This document shows, one piece after another, positions 61,183 to 64,000 of a stretch of 64,000 nt of DNA (the first letter of the stretch is position 1; each line of letters opens with the position of its first letter). A program made the position numbers and the translations under genes. Source of the stretch: an uncultured bacterium (lineage in GTDB: Bacteria; SAR324; NAC60-12); NCBI GenBank assembly GCA_965662235.1, contig CBFIGY010000012.1, positions 1-64,000 on the forward strand, read 5' to 3'. The notes beneath the pieces were generated by a model. It was not told the origin of the DNA. It searched no databases and saw only the letters and a program-made list of their open reading frames with translations.

Positions 61183-62078
61183 CGGTAGAAGGGGTTTTCC
61201 CCACTCTGGTGATCCGTGATGTCAAAGACCCCAGCGACCTGCGGGATGTTTTCCTTGATCATCACTTCGACTCCCTGCTTGAGGGTCACGTCGATCATGC
61301 CGCATCCTTGGCACCCTCCTCCGAATTCAAGATAGACCGCATCATCCTTGATGCCGTGCAGGCGAACCACGCCTCCGTGCGAAGCGACCATGGGGTTGAT
61401 CTGCTCGTCGAGAAGGATCTGCACCTGCTCCTCAAGGCTGCCGTCCAGCTTCCGGAGGGAGAGGGTGGGGTTCTGGATCTCCAGCGCTCCTTCTGCATCG
61501 ACAAAGACCTCGGTTCCTTCAACAAAACCGATCAGTTCCTGACGGATGCTCCAGCGAAGGCCTGCGCCTTCCCAGGTGATCAGTTCGGCATCGGTGGCCT
61601 GCGGGAGAAACGCCATAGCGTAGTTGCCCTTGAGCGCAGACTTGGCATCGACTTCAATCTGCACTACCTGAGCTGAGTGCTGACTCAGTTCTTGGTGCAG
61701 GCGGTCCGCCGCTTCCGGAGTCACGGTCAGCCAATTCGGTTGCGGCTGATGCAGCTCCTCAAAGTCTTCAATGAACCAAAAGGTGTCAAAACCGTTGTCG
61801 TAGAGGATCTCAGCAGCAGTCAGGACTTCGCCATCCGGGCTTCCATAAAGCAGGATGTCACCCGTGAAGGGCATCTGGTAGATGGAGTTTTCAAAGTGCT
61901 CAATCGGAAGGCTGTGCGCTCCAGGAATGTGAGCGGCCTCGTAAGCAGCAGGACTGCGCAGGTCAAAAAGATATGGCTTGCGGGACGTCCGTCGCTTCTC
62001 CCAGAATGCCTTAGCGTCTACACGGTAGGTTTCCGGACGAAAGACGTCCTCGTCAGAAAGGTCGGTGAACTTGAACAT
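61179..62078 (-). CDS. Rhodanese-domain / NfuA-type Fe-S carrier fusion
   Basis: N-terminal rhodanese (FDLRSPAAYEAAHIPGAHSLP), middle degenerate A-type carrier (LTVTPEAA...GTEV...NP) and C-terminal NifU domain (INPMVASHGG...GGGCQGCG...DITDH.SGENPFY). Confidence 0.82.
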   Translation of the reverse strand: MFKFTDLSDEDVFRPETYRVDAKAFWEKRRTSRKPYLFDLRSPAAYEAAHIPGAHSLPIEHFENSIYQMPFTGDILLYGSPDGEVLTAAEILYDNGFDTFWFIEDFEELHQPQPNWLTVTPEAADRLHQELSQHSAQVVQIEVDAKSALKGNYAMAFLPQATDAELITWEGAGLRWSIRQELIGFVEGTEVFVDAEGALEIQNPTLSLRKLDGSLEEQVQILLDEQINPMVASHGGVVRLHGIKDDAVYLEFGGGCQGCGMIDVTLKQGVEVMIKENIPQVAGVFDITDHQSGENPFYR

Positions 62079-62178
62079 GGGGACTCCAAACATTGCAAAG
62101 GGTCAGGTGCCTTGGGGCTTCTGAGAAATAGCACCATTTTGGTACGATTCATTTTAATCAGCGATCCAAAGAGAGTCA

Positions 62179-62973
62179 ATGAATCCGATTGCTCCACAAA
62201 AAATAAGTGAGTTGCTCAAGCGGCCGCGACCCTGGGTGCTAGCGCATCGCGGGGTGAGCCGGTTTTTTCCAGAAAACACGCTGGAGGCGTTCCGGGCCGC
62301 CGTTGCCCAGAGGGCGGACCTGATCGAATTGGACGTTTCACTGAGCCACGATCGCGTGCCTGTGGTGATTCACGATGAGACACTGGATCGAACGACCAAC
62401 GGGTCCGGACGGGTGGCCGACCACACCGTGACTGACCTTCAAGCGCTTGATGCCGGTAGCTGGTTGGGTCCGGAGCACCAAGGCGTCCGCCTCCCCACGC
62501 TGGAAGCGGTGTTTCAGGAAGTGGGTGGTCAGATAGCGATCAATGTGGAGCTGAAGCCGGAAGGATTTGAAGCCGCACCGGGAGCAGACGCGCTGGAGCA
62601 GCAGGTCCTGGCGTTGATTCAGAGCCATGGTTTGGAGGAAACGGTGGTGATTTCCAGCTTTGAGCATCGCTTTTTCCCCCGGATCCGTGCAGTGGAGAAG
62701 CACCTGCCGCTGGCGTTGCTGTACGAAACCCTACCAGCCGCCGAGGTTGCGCTGGCCGCCTGTCAGGACTGGGATGCAGCGGCTGTGAACCCGAATGCCA
62801 AAGGGGTCGAGCCGGCTTGGATCGCCGCCATTCATCAGGGGGGGCGACGAGTTTTGCCCTGGACAGTGGACGATCCTGAAGAAATGCGTAAATTATTGGG
62901 GTGGGGTGTTGATGGTCTGTTTACCAATGACCCCCAAACGCTGCAGGCGGTGCTGGATTCTAGGGAATCCTGA
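62179..62973 (+). CDS. Glycerophosphodiester phosphodiesterase
   Basis: AHRG, PENT, ELDV, IHDETLDRTT, NVELK, WTVD and GVDGLFTNDP motifs. Confidence 0.92.
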   Translation: MNPIAPQKISELLKRPRPWVLAHRGVSRFFPENTLEAFRAAVAQRADLIELDVSLSHDRVPVVIHDETLDRTTNGSGRVADHTVTDLQALDAGSWLGPEHQGVRLPTLEAVFQEVGGQIAINVELKPEGFEAAPGADALEQQVLALIQSHGLEETVVISSFEHRFFPRIRAVEKHLPLALLYETLPAAEVALAACQDWDAAAVNPNAKGVEPAWIAAIHQGGRRVLPWTVDDPEEMRKLLGWGVDGLFTNDPQTLQAVLDSRES

Positions 62974-63012
62974 ACGAAACCGCTTGCTCACAACTCCTGG
63001 AAGAGAGTGGAC

Positions 63013-63333
63013 ATGACTCAAACCAATGTGGCGGAACCGGAAGATTCGACCCGTTTTTCCAATGAGACCATGCGTCGCGATTATGAGCGACGGCGGGCCC
63101 TGCTGTTTGTCGGGCTCATTGTCGCCAACCTGATGCTGGTCAGCTTTGTGCTCGTGCCCCTGAATCGCTTGGGGTACTTGGACAACCATTACTACCTTTT
63201 CGGAGCGAGTGCCGTGGTGTCGATCTTCTGGGGGTGGTCCCAGTGGAAGCGGTGGGACCCGAACAGCGAGCAACTCAACGAGCCCACGGAAGCAGCAGAG
63301 GCTCGTGAATCCAGCGAGTCCGCCACCCCATGA
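63013..63333 (+). CDS. Hypothetical two-TM membrane protein
   Basis: Two hydrophobic helices, typical codon usage, and it fills the intergenic gap. Confidence 0.55.
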   Translation: MTQTNVAEPEDSTRFSNETMRRDYERRRALLFVGLIVANLMLVSFVLVPLNRLGYLDNHYYLFGASAVVSIFWGWSQWKRWDPNSEQLNEPTEAAEARESSESATP

Positions 63334-63340
63334 AGTTCCC

Positions 63341-63592
63341 ATGAAGTTTGAGGAAGTTTCCCCGTCCTGGGTGATCACCATTGAGCTGAGCCTAGAGGAG
63401 GCACCGCTGCTGTACTGGTCGGCAGATCGCAAGAACTGGGTGCTGGAACAGCGTCACGCGAGCCGTTACGCTTCTGAGGAAGAGGCGCAGGCCGTAGCTG
63501 GAGGCCTCTCTCCGCGGTATCCCGAAGGCGTCTCCGGAGTCGTCCGGCCTCAGCTTCTGGCGTCCCTAGGGGCGCAGGAGGCCGAGGAATGA
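63341..63592 (+). CDS. Hypothetical protein (83 aa)
   Basis: MKFEEVSPSW... from the ATG at 63341. No recognisable motif. Confidence 0.45.
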   Translation: MKFEEVSPSWVITIELSLEEAPLLYWSADRKNWVLEQRHASRYASEEEAQAVAGGLSPRYPEGVSGVVRPQLLASLGAQEAEE

Positions 63593-63601
63593 AAAAATTC
63601 A

Positions 63602-63630
63602 TTGACAAGCGATTCTGTCCGGAACATAAT
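63602..63630 (+). promoter_or_regulatory. Strong sigma-70 promoter of the tRNA operon
   Basis: TTGACA, 17 nt spacer, CATAAT, preceded by an A-tract. Confidence 0.8.
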
Positions 63631-63646
63631 TCTTGTTTGCATTGCC

Positions 63647-63722
63647 GCTGGCATAGCTCAATTGGTAGAGCAGCTGATTTGTAATCAGCAGGTTATGGGT
63701 TCGAGTCCCCTTGCCAGCTCCA
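63647..63722 (+). tRNA. tRNA-Thr (TGT)
   Basis: GCTGGCA/TGCCAGC acceptor stem, CTGAT-TTGTAA-TCAG anticodon arm, GTTCGAG and encoded CCA. Confidence 0.97.
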
Positions 63723-63734
63723 GCCAGATTCAGT

Positions 63735-63819
63735 GGGGAGATACCCAAGCGGTCAACGGGATCAGACTGTAAATCTGACGGCTCAGCCTTCGAAGGTTCG
63801 AATCCTTCTCTCCCCACCA
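63735..63819 (+). tRNA. tRNA-Tyr (GTA)
   Basis: GGGGAGA/TCTCCCC acceptor stem, anticodon loop CTGTAAA, long variable arm and CCA. Confidence 0.97.
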
Positions 63820-63852
63820 CGCCGCGGCAAAACGTGCATTGAAGTTGAACAG

Positions 63853-63927
63853 GCCTTGGTAGCTCAGTGGTAGAGCGTTTCCTTGGTAAGGAAAAGGTCG
63901 GCGGTTCAATCCCGCTCCAAGGCTCCA
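63853..63927 (+). tRNA. tRNA-Thr (GGT)
   Basis: GCCTTGG/CCAAGGC acceptor stem, anticodon loop TTGGTAA, GTTCAAT and CCA. Confidence 0.96.
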
Positions 63928-63949
63928 CGAACGTCCTGACAAAGGCAAC

Positions 63950-64000
63950 ATGAGAGAAACGATCCACTTGGAGTGTACCGAGTGCAAGCGGCGCAACTAC
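63950..64000 (+). CDS. rpmG: 50S ribosomal protein L33 (partial, runs off the window)
   Basis: MRETIHLECTECKRRNY. Confidence 0.93.
   Translation, partial: MRETIHLECTECKRRNY

Noticed and set aside
63647..63927. tRNA genes as an integration site for a genomic island
   Set aside because: I saw no integrase, no duplicated tRNA 3' end and no compositional shift in the window.
63599..63996. Minus-strand ORFs over the tRNA cluster
   Set aside because: They are antisense readings of tRNA genes.

Overview
GC-rich (roughly 60-63%), densely coding bacterial chromosome segment. The housekeeping proteins, HrcA/CIRCE and sigma-54-type sites suggest a delta-proteobacterial or SAR324-like organism, but this is inference only. 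In order, the window holds: a 5'-truncated GH2 beta-galactosidase and a LacI regulator; a Bacillota-style purine operon purEK-purCSQLFMN; mlaA-mlaC-MMPL/RND; a DUF1028 gene divergent from a peptide-ABC / M42 peptidase / M20 amidohydrolase / GntR operon with twin palindromic operators; tpiA-secG-sixA-thioesterase; an orphan GspE/PilB ATPase behind a triple-XRE protein; two outer-membrane proteins; csaA; a Moco-class riboswitch with moaA; rpmH-rnpA-yidD-yidC; a DHH phosphoesterase; aroC; a PHP phosphatase; sthA; CIRCE-hrcA-grpE-dnaK-dnaJ; a hydrolase / CoA ligase / TRAP / GNAT operon; a K+-dependent membrane pyrophosphatase; M20, aminotransferase and SDR genes; fdxA-yceD-rpmF-plsX; a rhodanese-NfuA fusion; a GDPD; two small hypotheticals; tRNA-Thr/Tyr/Thr; and the start of rpmG. 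I saw no mobile element, prophage or CRISPR array. The most notable signals are a window-wide excess of the palindrome TCCGGA, a CCTAG/CTAGG mutational footprint, a candidate catabolic regulon built around a NAGGN-type peptidase, the triple-XRE/orphan ATPase pair, the rhodanese-NfuA fusion and a P3-less Moco riboswitch. All family assignments come from motif recognition by eye, and all counts are manual and approximate.
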